NCBI GenBank assembly: GCA_973895155.1
Contig: OZ316892.1
Span: forward strand, 29,952,932 to 30,016,931
Direction of reading: 5' to 3'
DNA: 64,000 nucleotides
From: Marsupella aquatica
Taxonomy: Eukaryota; Plantae; Marchantiophyta
The notes beneath the pieces are model-generated. The model had not been told where the DNA came from, made no database searches, and saw nothing but the letters and a program-made list of their open reading frames with translations. The position numbers were made by a program, and so were the translations under genes. Positions within the stretch are counted from its first letter, which is position 1, and each line of letters opens with the position of its first letter. This document shows positions 50,238-63,100 of this stretch, piece after piece.

Positions 50238-51359
50238 ATGCCGAAGGGATACACGGATTATAGACTGAAGGGTGGAAGGTCGTCGGGAGTGTCCTCGGAG
50301 GTTTCCGGAAGTGGAATCAGGATAGGAGGACTTGGGGACGGAGATGGGACAGGATCCTGCATGCGGTCGAAGGGAGGAGTAGAGGAGATTGATTCTGGAT
50401 GGGGAGCGATAGAGGAGATGTTTGAAACTACTTTTGATGATTTTGGTGCTACAATGGAGCAATTTCTACCCAGGTGGCTACCTGGATTCGTTCAACCGGA
50501 CTATTTTACAGAATGCCACGAACATATTCATCACAATGTGAAGAGCAAAGCGGCCGATCAGAGTAGCACAAAGAAGGGTGACAGGAACTACTATTGCGTG
50601 GATTGCAGCAAGGGTCCTCTTTGCGAGACAGGTCGCCAGCTAGACCACGGGGGCCACAGAGTTCTTCAGGTGCGGAAGGCTTCTCATACCGACGCAATTC
50701 GCGTCAATGACATCGCGAGACTGGTGGACATCGAGCACATTCAGACGTACACCATCAATGGAGCCAAGATTGTGTTCCTGCCAAGCAGACCTCAAGCTAA
50801 GCCTGCGAAGGGCTCACCTAGATACTGCGAAGTGTGTAATAGGAGTCTGCAGGACTTGGTCCGGTTCTGCTCGCTGTCTTGTAAAATGAAGGCGATCATC
50901 AATCGTCCAGGAGATGCTTCGCTGACTCTCTCTTCCGGTGGAGCGGGCATGCATTACTCGGGCTCCGAAGAGCTGCCGGCGATGAGTGGCAACACCGTAG
51001 GGAACAATGACGTGCTGCGCCCTCCGAGTCCGTCTCCAGCCGTACCGGCTAAGAAGAGGGCCAGATCTTCGAAGAAAGAGTTCGCCCCCGCCGCGCTAGT
51101 GCTGCCCCAACACCAAGCTTTCGACAAGTTGCTGAGAGAGGGTGCGCATTCGCCCACTTCTGTTCTGTTGAGCCACGATCATCAAATGCACACGGTTGCA
51201 GAGTCGTCCAGTGCCGTCTCTGGTGGCGCTGCCGAATCCTCCAGCTCACAGGAGTCTCTCGAAAGTGTAATCATGAACTTCCGGAAGAAATCGAGGAAAA
51301 GCGTGCCACTCCGTGCCGCTGGTGTAGGTATCTCGTCTGCTGAGGGGATCAGCTTGTGA
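50238..51359 (+). CDS. PLATZ-family zinc-dependent DNA-binding protein, intronless (start may be a downstream Met)
   Basis: PRWL..FV...YFTECHEH, YCVDC, HGGHRVLQVRK, IQTYTINGAKIVFL..RPQ, CEVCNRSL...RFCSLSCK and basic tail RKSVPLRA all lie in one 373-aa ORF. Confidence 0.92.
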   Translation: MPKGYTDYRLKGGRSSGVSSEVSGSGIRIGGLGDGDGTGSCMRSKGGVEEIDSGWGAIEEMFETTFDDFGATMEQFLPRWLPGFVQPDYFTECHEHIHHNVKSKAADQSSTKKGDRNYYCVDCSKGPLCETGRQLDHGGHRVLQVRKASHTDAIRVNDIARLVDIEHIQTYTINGAKIVFLPSRPQAKPAKGSPRYCEVCNRSLQDLVRFCSLSCKMKAIINRPGDASLTLSSGGAGMHYSGSEELPAMSGNTVGNNDVLRPPSPSPAVPAKKRARSSKKEFAPAALVLPQHQAFDKLLREGAHSPTSVLLSHDHQMHTVAESSSAVSGGAAESSSSQESLESVIMNFRKKSRKSVPLRAAGVGISSAEGISL

Positions 51360-51397
51360 GGTGCAAACGACACCGGTTATACCTTCTTAGTAGCGAA

Positions 51398-51512
51398 ACA
51401 ATGTAGCGTAGAGGACGCTGACCACACCTGCTGGTCAGCACTACAATGTAGCGTAGAGGATGCCACCCACACCTGTTGGTGAGCATAACAATGTAGTGTA
51501 TAGGATGCTACC
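51398..51512. repeat. 45-bp tandem repeat (~2.5 copies) just 3' of PLATZ, with an internal hairpin
   Basis: acaatgtagcgtagagga units at 51398, 51443 and 51488. Stem gctgacca/tggtcagc at 51417-51439. Confidence 0.85.
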
Positions 51513-53323
51513 TCATCTTCTGGCCAGCAAACTATGTAGTTCAATTCAATTACGAGCTCGCCAGACCTGCTTGTCGGGACTGTACATAATTGTAAAATGA
51601 TACATTTTTGGGTCATATATAAAGATACCTATCTGTATTATGTGCTTCAAATCGTCGATGCAATGCCAGAAGTTTGAGGTCATGTCAAACAGTGATTCAA
51701 TTGCAGCAATCAAGCTGGCCATTCTCGAGAGGTTTGACAAGTCATATCCTCTGGGTGGTATTGTGGTGTGTCGATGCCAGACTATATACCGAGACTCGTT
51801 TTCAAAACGGTCCTTAGCGTCAGGCGTAAAGATTGGGACCTGTTTGTCAGCAATGCCAAAATTTGAGAGCATTTGTGGTCGCTTATGAGACGAATTGTTG
51901 AACCAGAATGTCAACCTCGAGTTCTATTGAGGTTCTTTGGACAATTAACGGCACATCGGTCAGTCCCGGCCTCAGTGATGGCAATGCTATATTTCGAGAG
52001 CAGTTAACATGTGAACTTTCGGTTCGTGGGCATTCTTGTGTCTCCTCTGTTTGGGATTACTGGGCTGCCTTAAACTGTTGCCAATGGAATATAATGGTCA
52101 TCTTCTTGGGACGGGTTTTGTCTTGAACAAAGTCATTTACTCTTCTAATTTTGTGCATGTCCTAACTGGCGAACCTTGTTTTCTTCAGGCTGGTGTTGTG
52201 AACGAGGTCCTTCACCGGCTGTGAGCCCGATGCTTTCGTCGTTGTCTTATTCGTCCAAATGTACTCTTGCCAGCGCTTGGTGATTGACGAATTCAAGTTG
52301 CTATTATGTAGCTGTCCGCGTGAAGGGCTAAGAAGATACTTGATAAAATTGGGTACCGGGCCCGCTAAAGATTGCAACGACAGTTACCGGAGAGACAGGC
52401 TCTGCACTACAGTAGATGTCAAAGGAACCAGAAATCAATTCTCCATCAAAAGGTTCAATCATAACGAAGGAAGCAGTTTGAATACCCAGATGTTAAAGAG
52501 CACGGTCCAGTTCATGGGTCACAAATTGCAAAAGGGTTTGTGACGAAATGGTGAGACGAGGATGCCAAAAGACCTCAATGCACATCGGCTACGGGAAGAT
52601 TCCGATGCTTGCTACACGAGCTTCGCTTCCTGACGTGTTGGTGGATATTGTACTAGCGAATGGGGTCGGTGGATTCAGCAAATCATTCCTGTCACATTAG
52701 CTATGACATATCCACCAGGTTCGAAGGTTATTGAAGTTCGTTGTATCATCTCTACATTATTTTGCGTCTGCATCTTCCGAATTGGGTGAAGTTTTTTTGA
52801 GATGTTTAGAGATAGTAATTACAATACTTCATGTCTCCGTCGAAGTGTCTTTACTTGAGAACTATTTCGCCTCGACCGTCGGGGAAGAATTGGTCCACCA
52901 AAATAGGATCTACAGTAGATGAGCAGTTATTGGTACAGTACCCGGAATGGAAGGCTGAAGTTTTAAAGATATGGAAGAAGATGCGGAACGGCCGCGTCAG
53001 AATCCTCGCAGAGATGACGTAACGTAGAAGGCTGATGAAGAAGAAAAGTTTTCGCATCATTTTGAGGAACACTCTAGCGACGACAGTCAGGGAATCTTTT
53101 GCTGGCTGAAAAGGATTGGAAATTACATTAGCTCTTCGCAATATGTAAACGTTCGACATCGTTCACTTGGAAGTAAAAGAAGCTAAACTGAAAACACCTC
53201 TTGCAAACACCCTGGACGAATAATGAATGCCAATCAATGAGTATTGAACGACTATAGAATAACAAGGAGTTGCTGTAAGAAAGTGAGCACAAAATTTTCC
53301 TTTTCAAAAAGCAGTCCGCTAAA

Positions 53324-53452
53324 GTGTAAGTGATGCTGCGCCAAAGTGTTTTCAAGTGTAATTGAGGTGTAAGTGATGTTGCGCCAAAGTGTTTTCAAGC
53401 GTAATTGAGGTGTAAGTGATGTTGCGCCAAAGTGTTTTCAAGCATAGTTGAG
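53324..53452. repeat. 43-bp tandem repeat x3
   Basis: gtgtaagtgatg.tgcgccaaagtgttttcaag..ta.ttgag at 53324, 53367 and 53410. Confidence 0.92.
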
Positions 53453-54272
53453 ATGGTCAGGGAGTTGTACACTGTCAAGATTTGACAAGTCAGCCTGGCA
53501 AGTAGATTTCAAAAGAATGTGCAAAGCTATGGGAAAGTAATGAGTTGGATGTGGAACAGGTGCACAATGGCACATTTAGGTACATCTCATCATGGAAATA
53601 ATCCAATGAGTAAAGAATTTTCGCACCAAACTGAGATTTTGTATCATAAGAAATGAAGAGTGTTTAAATTAGACCGTTTTAGTGCAAAATTTAGGGTTTG
53701 GATCAAGTGGACAAGGTAGTCCAATTTCTTGGCCAAAACTTCCTTACCTATCAAACTAATATAGGTTGTATCCCCTGTAAGATCGAGCCACTTCCAGGAG
53801 CTGAAATGCTCCTTTTGCAAAATCAAATGTGTCACATCAATATTTGAACAATCAGTGGAACAATCCCTTGCTTTGTAGCTAGCTAGCTTAGTGTTGTATC
53901 ACTGGCACCATCCAAGTGGTCTATTTGAAAATTCTAGAATACACATAGAACTTCTAGCTCAAGCCCATGCTATTGGCATCCACATAGTTGGCCCAAACAT
54001 TATCAAGTTATTAATTTCCTGTTTACTTTCCCCCAAAAAATTCCAATGTTCGACACAATAAACTTATACTTACAAGATTCCATTAGTCTGTGTCACCAAC
54101 TCTTTGTTGACTACACCGGGCTCGCTTTGGAGGCCACTGAGGTAGAATTCCACTGTTGAGGAGAGGTGCAGCACTATGAGAACATCTCTGGTGCCCTACT
54201 GAATGTGCATAAATCCAAAAGTATTCCCAGGCATTCACCTTGTTGAGGGGCTTCACCTTGTTGAGGTGATTA

Positions 54273-54552
54273 TGTTGAGTGGCTTGGCTACATCGGGTGC
54301 AGAGAGGCTACATCCACAGGAATTCATGGGAGCTTTGCTACTCTCTAGGCCCATTGGCCATACCGAGTGTCTCCAACACAAGATCTTTTTATCTCTCAAC
54401 TAGCTCCATAAGAGCAACCCTGAGTTCTCTTATTCAAGCAAACACCACTTAGAATATATCGCAATCTAGTTAACCTAATCTAGTTTGTGACTTAAGTTAG
54501 CCCTAATTATGGTTACAGTCATAACCCTAGACCTAAGAGTAAATACCTAACA
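54273..54552 (-). mobile_element. Second, diverged and internally deleted copy of the copia-type LTR at 34978
   Basis: gaggctacatccacagg...ctctagg..attggccatacc...caacacaag..tatctctcaacta.ctcc matches the reverse complement of ~35105-35235. Termini TGTTAG...CTCAACA on the minus strand. No TSD seen. Confidence 0.65.
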
Positions 54553-55814
54553 TTTGGCTTGGGTCCTTGTCGGATGCATACTCACCCTGAAATGGGTTTC
54601 CTACAATGAATGTATGTCACTATTGAGGTGGGGAGAGTCTACGAAGTGTCCTCCCTCATTTCCATTCAACACACAAAAAATGTGACTAAGTTGTACCAGG
54701 GTGGTTTTACAGGGCATTGGGGCCCATTGTCTTCTAATGATTCCCTGGCTATTAGATTAACTATAGACCATATAATGAGTGGAAACTGCTAGAAATTAGG
54801 GGCCCATTCTTGTATGGTGTCTACCCTCTTACATGACCAGAAATTCTAAACTACCTCCAGTGGTGGTCAAAACAAACATTGGCTCCTTCATTCCAAGGGA
54901 TTTGCATTTATTGCAATTTGGTCTGCAGTTTGTCTTTAGAACAAGAAGTGGCCCTTGCCTCCACATCTTGTAGAGCCACCTAAGCTATTCTTAACCCAGG
55001 AAATGATTACATGAGCATTGGCACAGAATTTTGAGCACATGAGAGATATGAGAGAGAGACTGTACGAATCAGTATTTGCTGTGAGTCACCATGCCTGAAG
55101 CTTGCATTAGTCCAGTTATAGTTTTGTCAGTCAAGGGTTAGCCCCCGTCTTTTGGCTGCTATGAGGTTATTTTCTTCTCAGGTACACCCTGTTGGGTTCC
55201 CAGGTGGCTAGTATTGTCCCAAATTTTGAGTTTAATTTGTCGAGACAAAAGTTTTTCAGGGGCGACGAAATCACTTTCATACAAAACTATTGAGGTGAGA
55301 GATTAGCATGAGCAATCTTTTGTCTTGGAAGACAATAGTTACAAAAGGACAAAATATAATCTTGGAAAAGTAAACCTTAAGAATGACAATGTTGATCGTG
55401 GACAGTTGACCTCGGCAGAAAATGTATTTGATCCTTGCAAGATTGGAGGCAAAGGTCTGCAAAACAATATTGGGTTTTGGGAAATTTGATGAATTTGGGA
55501 AAGTGGGCATGTTATATCTAGATATGTTGTTGATTGCAACATGGGCTTGCAGTTGTGTAGGAAGTTGAAAATGGAACTTGTCTAAGTCTGTAAGCCACTT
55601 GCTTGTGGAAAATTGAAGCCTAGACGGACTCCATGTTTGCCAAAATACTTGGATAGACCAGGTGGACAGCAGCAAAAGTTAACTCTCTTTTCTGCTCAGA
55701 TAGTACATGTTACACCAATGAGTGAAATGTAACAAGAACATGACACAATCATGTGTTGGAAATTTGTAGATCTCTCAATTCTCAATGAAATTTGACCTTA
55801 ACAGGCTCATTGAA

Positions 55815-56145
55815 AATATATTTCCAAGCTGTTTCTAACCAACACAAAAGAAAACTCAGATTCCCATGGACACAAGTGAGATAGTGAATCTCAAAGTTAG
55901 TTTTTCAGAAAGATCTTTGCAAGCAAGCCATTTCTAACTAACCAAAAAACTCAGTTTCAGGTGGATACGAGCAAGCTAGTGAATGTCAAAGTTGGGTTTC
56001 CCACAAACTTTTAGAGGTGAAAAGTGGCCCCAAAAAAATGTGCCAAGTGTGGTTAATGACTCATGTATAAATTCATAATTCTCTTACATGAAACTTCATA
56101 TCTTAAACTGGCTAGAAAGATCTTTCCAAGCTGCTTCTAATGAGC
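55815..56145. repeat. Degenerate ~95-bp repeats, probably TE-internal
   Basis: Recurrent tttccaagctg.ttctaa and aactcag.tt....tgga.ac.ag...g.tagtgaat.tcaaagtt blocks. Confidence 0.45.
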
Positions 56146-56444
56146 CCAATAAGATTAAATTGAATTGGATATCAAGGGAGGTTTAGAAAGTCCAACTCTA
56201 TTGAAAACTGTTTGTCTTGAACCGAAATGGGGAGGAAATATAATTAGACTCCCCGCACCCCAATGTGACACTGTTTTTTCAGGGAACCCAGACCAGGGTA
56301 AGCCCCGCTGGATCCCACAGGGACTTGCACCAGGAAGGAGAGAGTATTAAATCAGGGCCACAAAGTGAGCAACCAGGGTCGAGCAGAATTTCAATCCACT
56401 ACCCACAAAACCCATCCCCACACATATATACCCTCCACACCCCA

Positions 56445-56512
56445 ATGTGTGGAGGGGGATTGAACCTAGTGCCCCTCAATTCGTGCAAATCCCTTAGCCA
56501 ATTGGTTGGGGG
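56445..56512 (-). mobile_element. tRNA-derived SINE head-like remnant
   Basis: Minus strand caaccaattggctaagg (degenerate A box) then ggttcaatccccc (B box); no cloverleaf or TSD seen. Confidence 0.3.
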
Positions 56513-57198
56513 GGTATTATTTTAACATGGACTGATAATGTAGAAGTCATCTATCCCATCTAAGCATTTGAAAGTTCATCCCAGCGCGAAAAGGTTTGGC
56601 CCATCTCTCGAAGCTTCAAGCCTCAAAATTCTCGACTTTTGTCAGATCTGAAATTGATATCTGGGGAAAAAAACACAAGTGAACTTTCCATCGAGAGAGA
56701 GAAGAGCTCAAGCTTCCAATCAATCACTTCAATGGTGGTGCCTTCTCGATGTTCAGAGTGACGAGCTCTTAAGTCTCCATTGTGGCAACGAAGGAACGCG
56801 GTTGACAGCCTTACTCAGCTTGATTAGGAGGTTCTCGGAGTGAGGAACTGTCTTTTACGGATCGTGCGGATCAGTTTGTTCCCATCAGTCGGAAGAATCC
56901 TCCAAAATTACGCGATTCGGGAATTTGGGGTTTTGGATGGACAATTTCTGATGACAGGGTTTATGTAGGTCGGATTGATTTCTTAGTGAGAAGAGTACAG
57001 ACCAAACCAATACCAGCTCAGGGAAGAGGACAGATAGGTCGAATGAGCATCGGTAAATAAGGATGGAGGGGATGCTGTGCTTCCGATCGTCGCCGCCGCT
57101 GTTGTTGCTGGGAGAGGAGGGGGCGGATGGCAGGTGCTGAATGAGCCACATAGAAAAGAAGAGGTCGGAGTGACCACGACCACCACGACAACGGCAAA

Positions 57199-60100
57199 AT
57201 GTCTTCTAGGGCTGGCTGCAGCTGGTCCATTTTGCTCAGTTGCGCAAGACTCGCCCGGGGAGCAGCGAGTGAGTCTTCGTGGCGACCCGGTAATGTCCTT
57301 GCCTGGAGATCTGGACGGTATGGCTCTGGTGTCTTCGAGTCTGTGAGGAGATTTTCCGTGGTTGCTCCGGATTTGGAGCAAAATGATCACACATCGTCGG
57401 TTGTGCCTCCATCGTCGATTCGCAATGTTGCAGTCATTGCGCATGTTGATCATGGAAAGACCACTCTCATGGACAGAATCCTGCGTCAGTGTGGAGCGAC
57501 TGTCTCTCGGGAGCGAGCCATGGATTCCATTTCTCTGGAGCGCGAGCGTGGCATTACCATCGCCTCCAAGGTACACAATCTGCTTGCCTCAACACGCCGA
57601 TGAATAGCTCTTCATGTGCAGTGAAGCTAGTACTAGGTATTTCTATTTCTGGTACATATAAAATCCCACTTTGAGCTGGTCGTTGTGCTCTTCTTGGTAT
57701 CTTGAAGTGATTGTGCTCCAATTTACTTTGCTGAATCTATCAGTCAGACGTCATATGTCCTAAGTCAAGTATCTGCATTGCAGTACACATCAATGTCGTA
57801 TGGTGGAGTGGAGCTCAATATGGTTGATACCCCAGGCCACGCGGATTTCGGTGGAGAGGTGTGTAATCTTCAATGAGTTTGAGATATAAGTCAAATCAAA
57901 CACCGATTGTTCTCCAGGGGGTCTTGTTAAAGCTTGCCTTTTCGATCTTGTTGAAATGTGTCCTCTTGCAAATTTGTAAGGGAAGGGTACAGCTGACGGT
58001 TTTACGATGATTATATTGTCTCAAATTTGTAACTTCTCATGATAAATGGGCAAATCGGACATTCCATCCAAGGCTTTATTTGACGACAGGTCAATCTCGA
58101 GAGGCCTATTAACATGCTCTTCTGACATAAGCAGATTCTTGACAGAATGCAAATTTGATTTAACTGTACCAAAATTGCCGTTTATGGAAACTTGTTTTCA
58201 AAACTGCTATAGAATCAGGGGTTGATGTTGAGGCCTGAAGATCATCGCACTTCACATCCTAGAGAAAGTAGGAGAATGGGGAACAAGTTGCAATAGAATG
58301 TAACGGGCGGGACAACACCATGATCATAACGACATCTGAGAACAGGTGGAAAGGGTTGTAGGGATGGTGGAGGGCGCAGTATTAGTGGTGGATGCTGGAG
58401 AAGGTCCACTCGCGCAGACCAAGTTTGTCGTTGCGAAGGCCCTTAGTCGTGGGATACGCCCCATTCTACTTCTGAACAAAGTTGATCGTCCATCAGGTAT
58501 GACAAGCTTCTCTTTTCTGTTTAGCTGTTTTGTCACTTTCATTATGTAGCTGGGAAGCTAGTAAGTGGTGTCAGCAGCGACCTGTTTTCATGAAGTTGTC
58601 CCATCTGTGCAGTTACGGAGGAACGATGTGGAGAAGTGGAAAGCATGATCTTTGATCTCTTTGCAAACCTAGGGGCAACTGGTATGCTACATACATTTCC
58701 TGTTCATCGGAAGTCAAGTTTTGGCAGGGAAGAACTGATGTTGCTTTATCTGTGCCCTGCTGCTGAAACGGCCTGAACTATTTATTTATTGATTTATTTC
58801 GTGTACGATCTAGCAGGGCAATATATTTTATCACTGATCTGGAGCTCGTCACTTGACGCGCTATCTGTCGAAAAAACTCCTAGTAGATGCTTTCTCGTCC
58901 CCGTAGTTCCTGACACCTTTGAGACTCGTCTGAACAGATGAACAACTTGAATTTCCTGTTCTATATGCATCTGCTAAGGAAGGTTGGGCAAGTCGCGAGT
59001 TTACCAGAGGGGGAATACCGGATCTAACCATGAGTCCTTTACTCGATGCCATTATCCAGCATGTGGCTCCGCCAAAAGGGGACCTACACGCCCCTTTCCA
59101 AATGCTGGTATGCTCTACGTTAGACAGACGGCACCAGTCTTCTCTCAAGTTTGTAATACCGGGACCCTGTGTAAACCATACATAACTGTATTTCAATTTA
59201 GTCTCACCTCGACCCAAGTTTGAATTACAGGATATTTACTTTATTCATAGTTTCGTTGCTGTCCACCTCATTTGCAGGTTTCAATGATGGAGCGAGACCC
59301 ATATTTAGGGCGCTTGGTGACAGGTCGCATTTCTTCTGGAGTTCTGCGAGTGGGTGATCGAGTACATGGTCTCAAGTGGAAAGATGATCTCTCTCAAGTA
59401 GTCGAAGTCGGAAAGGTAACGTTTGGATGTTGTTATGTGATTTGAATATTTTTAATGTCGTTGGATATGCATCTTAAGAGTTATACTGGTTTAAGATGGC
59501 GCGCTCATCGTATCCACCCTTTTAGGTGGCGCTCGTATTAAGAGAGTTTAATTGTGACATTACACGCGCAAGGTGGGACAGATTTTAGATTGCACTTTAG
59601 AGCTAGGCTAAGACATTGCAGGTTGGCCGCTTGGAAAGCTCTGACGAAGATAGTTGTCTTTTGGGTCTAACTCATCGACGAGTAACTACTTACGGTGGCA
59701 TGCATGAATCGTCATTTGCTGTCTTTGTCCAGGTGGTGAAGTTAATGAAGAAAAAAGGTACGAGCACCGTATTGGTGGACTGTGCAGGGGCTGGCGATAT
59801 CGTTTCTATTGCAGGTCTTAGTCAGCCATCGATTGGTCACACTATCTCAACTGTAGAGGTGAGTTTGAATGTCTGGCTATGGAATCGTTCTGTGCCTTGC
59901 CTTAGTCAAGAACAAGATACCAATGACTTACGGTTTTGCTTAAAGCTTTGATGTCCGGTCAGTGAAGCCATAGAGCTAGATGATTCTTAGATCTAGCGTT
60001 GCTTCTGTTACTGAGGCAGTTCATGGAAAACCTGTCAGGAACGCTGACATAGATCTTGGTGACAAAATTGAGGAACATTCTGTTGAGGATTGGATCTTCT

Positions 60101-63100
60101 ACTTGCCTTTTCTTAGGCATCTCAAGATTTTGAATGGATTAGGGTGAGATTATTTATTAATCTCCTAATGGATTATTTATTACCGTGAGCATTGGTTATA
60201 GGTCACTGAGGCTTTACCGGCAGCTCCTATGGACCCTCCAACAATATCAATGACTTTCAGTGTAAATGATTCACCTCTGGGAGGACGGGATGGTCATATG
60301 GTATGGCGCTCTTTCTCAACTTTTAGGCCTCCTAGTATTAGGCAAATGGTTCAAAGGAAATGGTTTCAAATTCTCAGGAATGAACTCTTAGAGAGTCTTC
60401 ATGATTGTGGTGAGCTGTTGTTTTTAGGACTCTGTAGTTTACTGAAATGTTCAGATTGTTTTACCAGTTGACTGGGCCAAAAATTGGAGAAAGGTTAAGG
60501 GCAGAAGCAGAGAGCAACTTGTCTATAGCAGTTCTACCCACTGCTGGCCAAGATGCATACGAAGTGCAAGGGAGGGGTGAGTTGCAGCTCGGTGAGTCTT
60601 CTCCTAAACTTGATAACAGAGTTTTGTGGTCCTTGGTAGTAGAACTGACGAGCTGAATCTGGCATCTAACATGCTAGTGTATGTAATGGAAGTATTTGGC
60701 AGGCAAATGATCTGTATGACATAGAAGAACAGGATTTGTCTTGACATTTTAAATAAAAGACTCCTGTGCAGTTAATTTTCTAAGTATCCTGAGTTTTGGA
60801 TACTTAGACAATCAGCCATTTTGAACAATGTCTGGTCAATCATGTCCAGTGGACATGAGCATTGCAATATGGGCATTTGTTGATGATCCGAGAGGCTGTA
60901 CCTTGTATACCAGTTGGAACTGTTTTGCTGGCTTATTCGTTCATACTGTGTCGTGTTTTGACTTTTTCTTAGGTATCCTGATAGAAAATATGCGCCGAGA
61001 GGGATTTGAGCTTTCGGTATCACCTCCAGCTGTCTTGTAAGTCTCCCCATACCTGGTGGCTGGATTGAGAGCTATGAGGGTTTGGTAATTTTCCTCAGTC
61101 TGCAGTAGTCCATCGATGTTGAAATGCATAAATTATTAGTTATGAGTACCTCATCACATGCTCGATCTTGTTTGGTTTAGGTACAAAATTGATGATCACG
61201 GAAAGAAATTGGAGCCAATCGAAGAAGTTATCATTGAGGTATGGTGGGAAGCAGATAAGTTCTTGTTTAGTTGGTCCCAGGTTCGCACTCTGTTTATATT
61301 AAAAGTAGAGCTCTTGGATGGATCCCATATGCATCTGTTTCACACTTCAACGAGAATTTCATCAAGAGTACTGTTGAATTTTGAAATGCTTTAGACCCTT
61401 CTTTTCCAGCGGTCACTTTGATAGCAACTCTGTGTTCAGGTAATATAGTCAAAGTAATATTTCTTGACGTAACTCGTGACTACGTTCTAGGTGAACGACG
61501 AACATGCCGGACTTGTCGTTGAGGCTCTTTCACACCGCCGTGGAGAACTGCTTGATATGGGACCATGTGCGGAGTCAGTGGGGAGAACGAAACTTACTTT
61601 CACCTGTCCATCAAGGTGTGAAGGCTTATTATCATCGAGTCTTCTTATAGCTGTGGTTCTCTTTCACACAAATTTATTCATGACATAGAAGCCGGTTTTG
61701 ATGGGCCTTATTCTGTTGTGTCCACGGATTCGTCAAATAGAGAGAAGGAGCATTTCACCGTGAGCTAATCATGTGAAAAGCAAAATTTCCGTGGAGGTCG
61801 ATCCTTTCTATTGGGCTTTAACTTTGTTGATTCATGTTATGAACGCGGTGTCCAAAACTGGGAGTGGAATTTTCACGTCGTCTGTTCTTGTGGTTCTGAC
61901 CGTTTGATGGAAATATTAAAACCCAACACAATTTCCTTTGTGCTTGCAGGGGTTTAGTGGGATATCGTAGTGTGTTCAGTACAGATACACATGGCACAGG
62001 ATTCATGCACAGGTCATTTTTATGTAAGGAACTTCATGCGCATACCTGTCTTGATTTTCTCTACTACTCCGAACTAAGTAGATATTCTCTACGTATTCAA
62101 ACAATGTTGTGGACCAACTTAAATGTACTCTGTACAATGTTTTGCAGCGTACGCAAAGTACCGTGGACCACTTGGAAATGTTCGCAAAGGGGCTTTGGTA
62201 AGATTTGACGTAATGTAAACATTACTCTGATGTTTTGGAAATACCAGTATACTCAATCTCCCTGATCAAAGCGGATCCTACTTGTCGTACTCTATTACAA
62301 TCTCATGCTCTTTGTAATATTGTGCACAGGTGTCTATGGCAACTGGAACAATTACTGCTTATGCGCTAATGAGTTTGGAAGCACGTGGCATTTTGTTCGT
62401 TCAGCCTGGCATTGAGGTACACTTCCCTGTACTGCCTGCTTTCTCTCACCTCTCGTCATGAAATTTGATCGATGAGTGAAAAGGAAGTGCTTCTGATCTC
62501 TCTGGCCCTTTCTTCTTTCGCGTAGTGAACTTTAGGGTCTTTTCAACTTCAACAATACATCCACCCTTTCCTGGAATGTACCACTTCCATATTTTATACT
62601 GTTCTTCAATTGTTTTGCCACTGGGACATGTTTGCAGACATACGATGGCATGGTAGTCGGTGAGCATTCTCGAGACACCGATTTGGAGGTATGGTGCACT
62701 ACCCAATATTTGTTATGCAATTTGGGTTGGATGTGAAAAGGCCAGATGGTATTTTGAGTTGCTGTTTCCTCAAACTTTTTGGTGGTTGTGTTCCAGCTGA
62801 ACCCTGTTAGGACCAAAGCACTTACTAACGTCCGCGCGGCGAGTAAAGATGAAAATGTCAATCTCACTCCTCCAAGACAGGTAAGCTTGTTTCGTGTCTT
62901 CCTATCTTCGATGCCCTATACGCTGGATCTCAATCCAGGGTTGCAATGCAGTTGCTGAGACGTGTTCTTTCTGAGTATGAGGTTGTTTTATTGAGAGAAT
63001 CTCTGCTCATGCACACCGTACGAAGGTCCAGAATTTAGGGTGGCTCCTTCTTGTTGTATAACAGGTGGATTTTCCTGTCCACTTGTGACGATGCTCTTCG

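Noticed and set aside
49555-50462. GC-rich ORFs upstream of or antisense to PLATZ as separate genes or uORFs
   Set aside because: No recognisable domain, several rely on non-ATG starts, and such ORFs are expected by chance in GC-rich leader sequence
51398-53452. CRISPR-like arrays (45-bp hairpin repeat and 43-bp repeat; also the 30-bp repeat at 35496)
   Set aside because: Units are head-to-tail with no unique spacers, there are no cas genes, and the context is a eukaryotic nucleus
56445-56512. Functional tRNA gene
   Set aside because: A B box is present but no acceptor or anticodon stems could be paired; kept only as a weak SINE-like remnant
30000-57000. Terpenoid biosynthetic gene cluster around the MTPSL
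   Set aside because: No P450, prenyltransferase, dehydrogenase or transporter genes were found nearby
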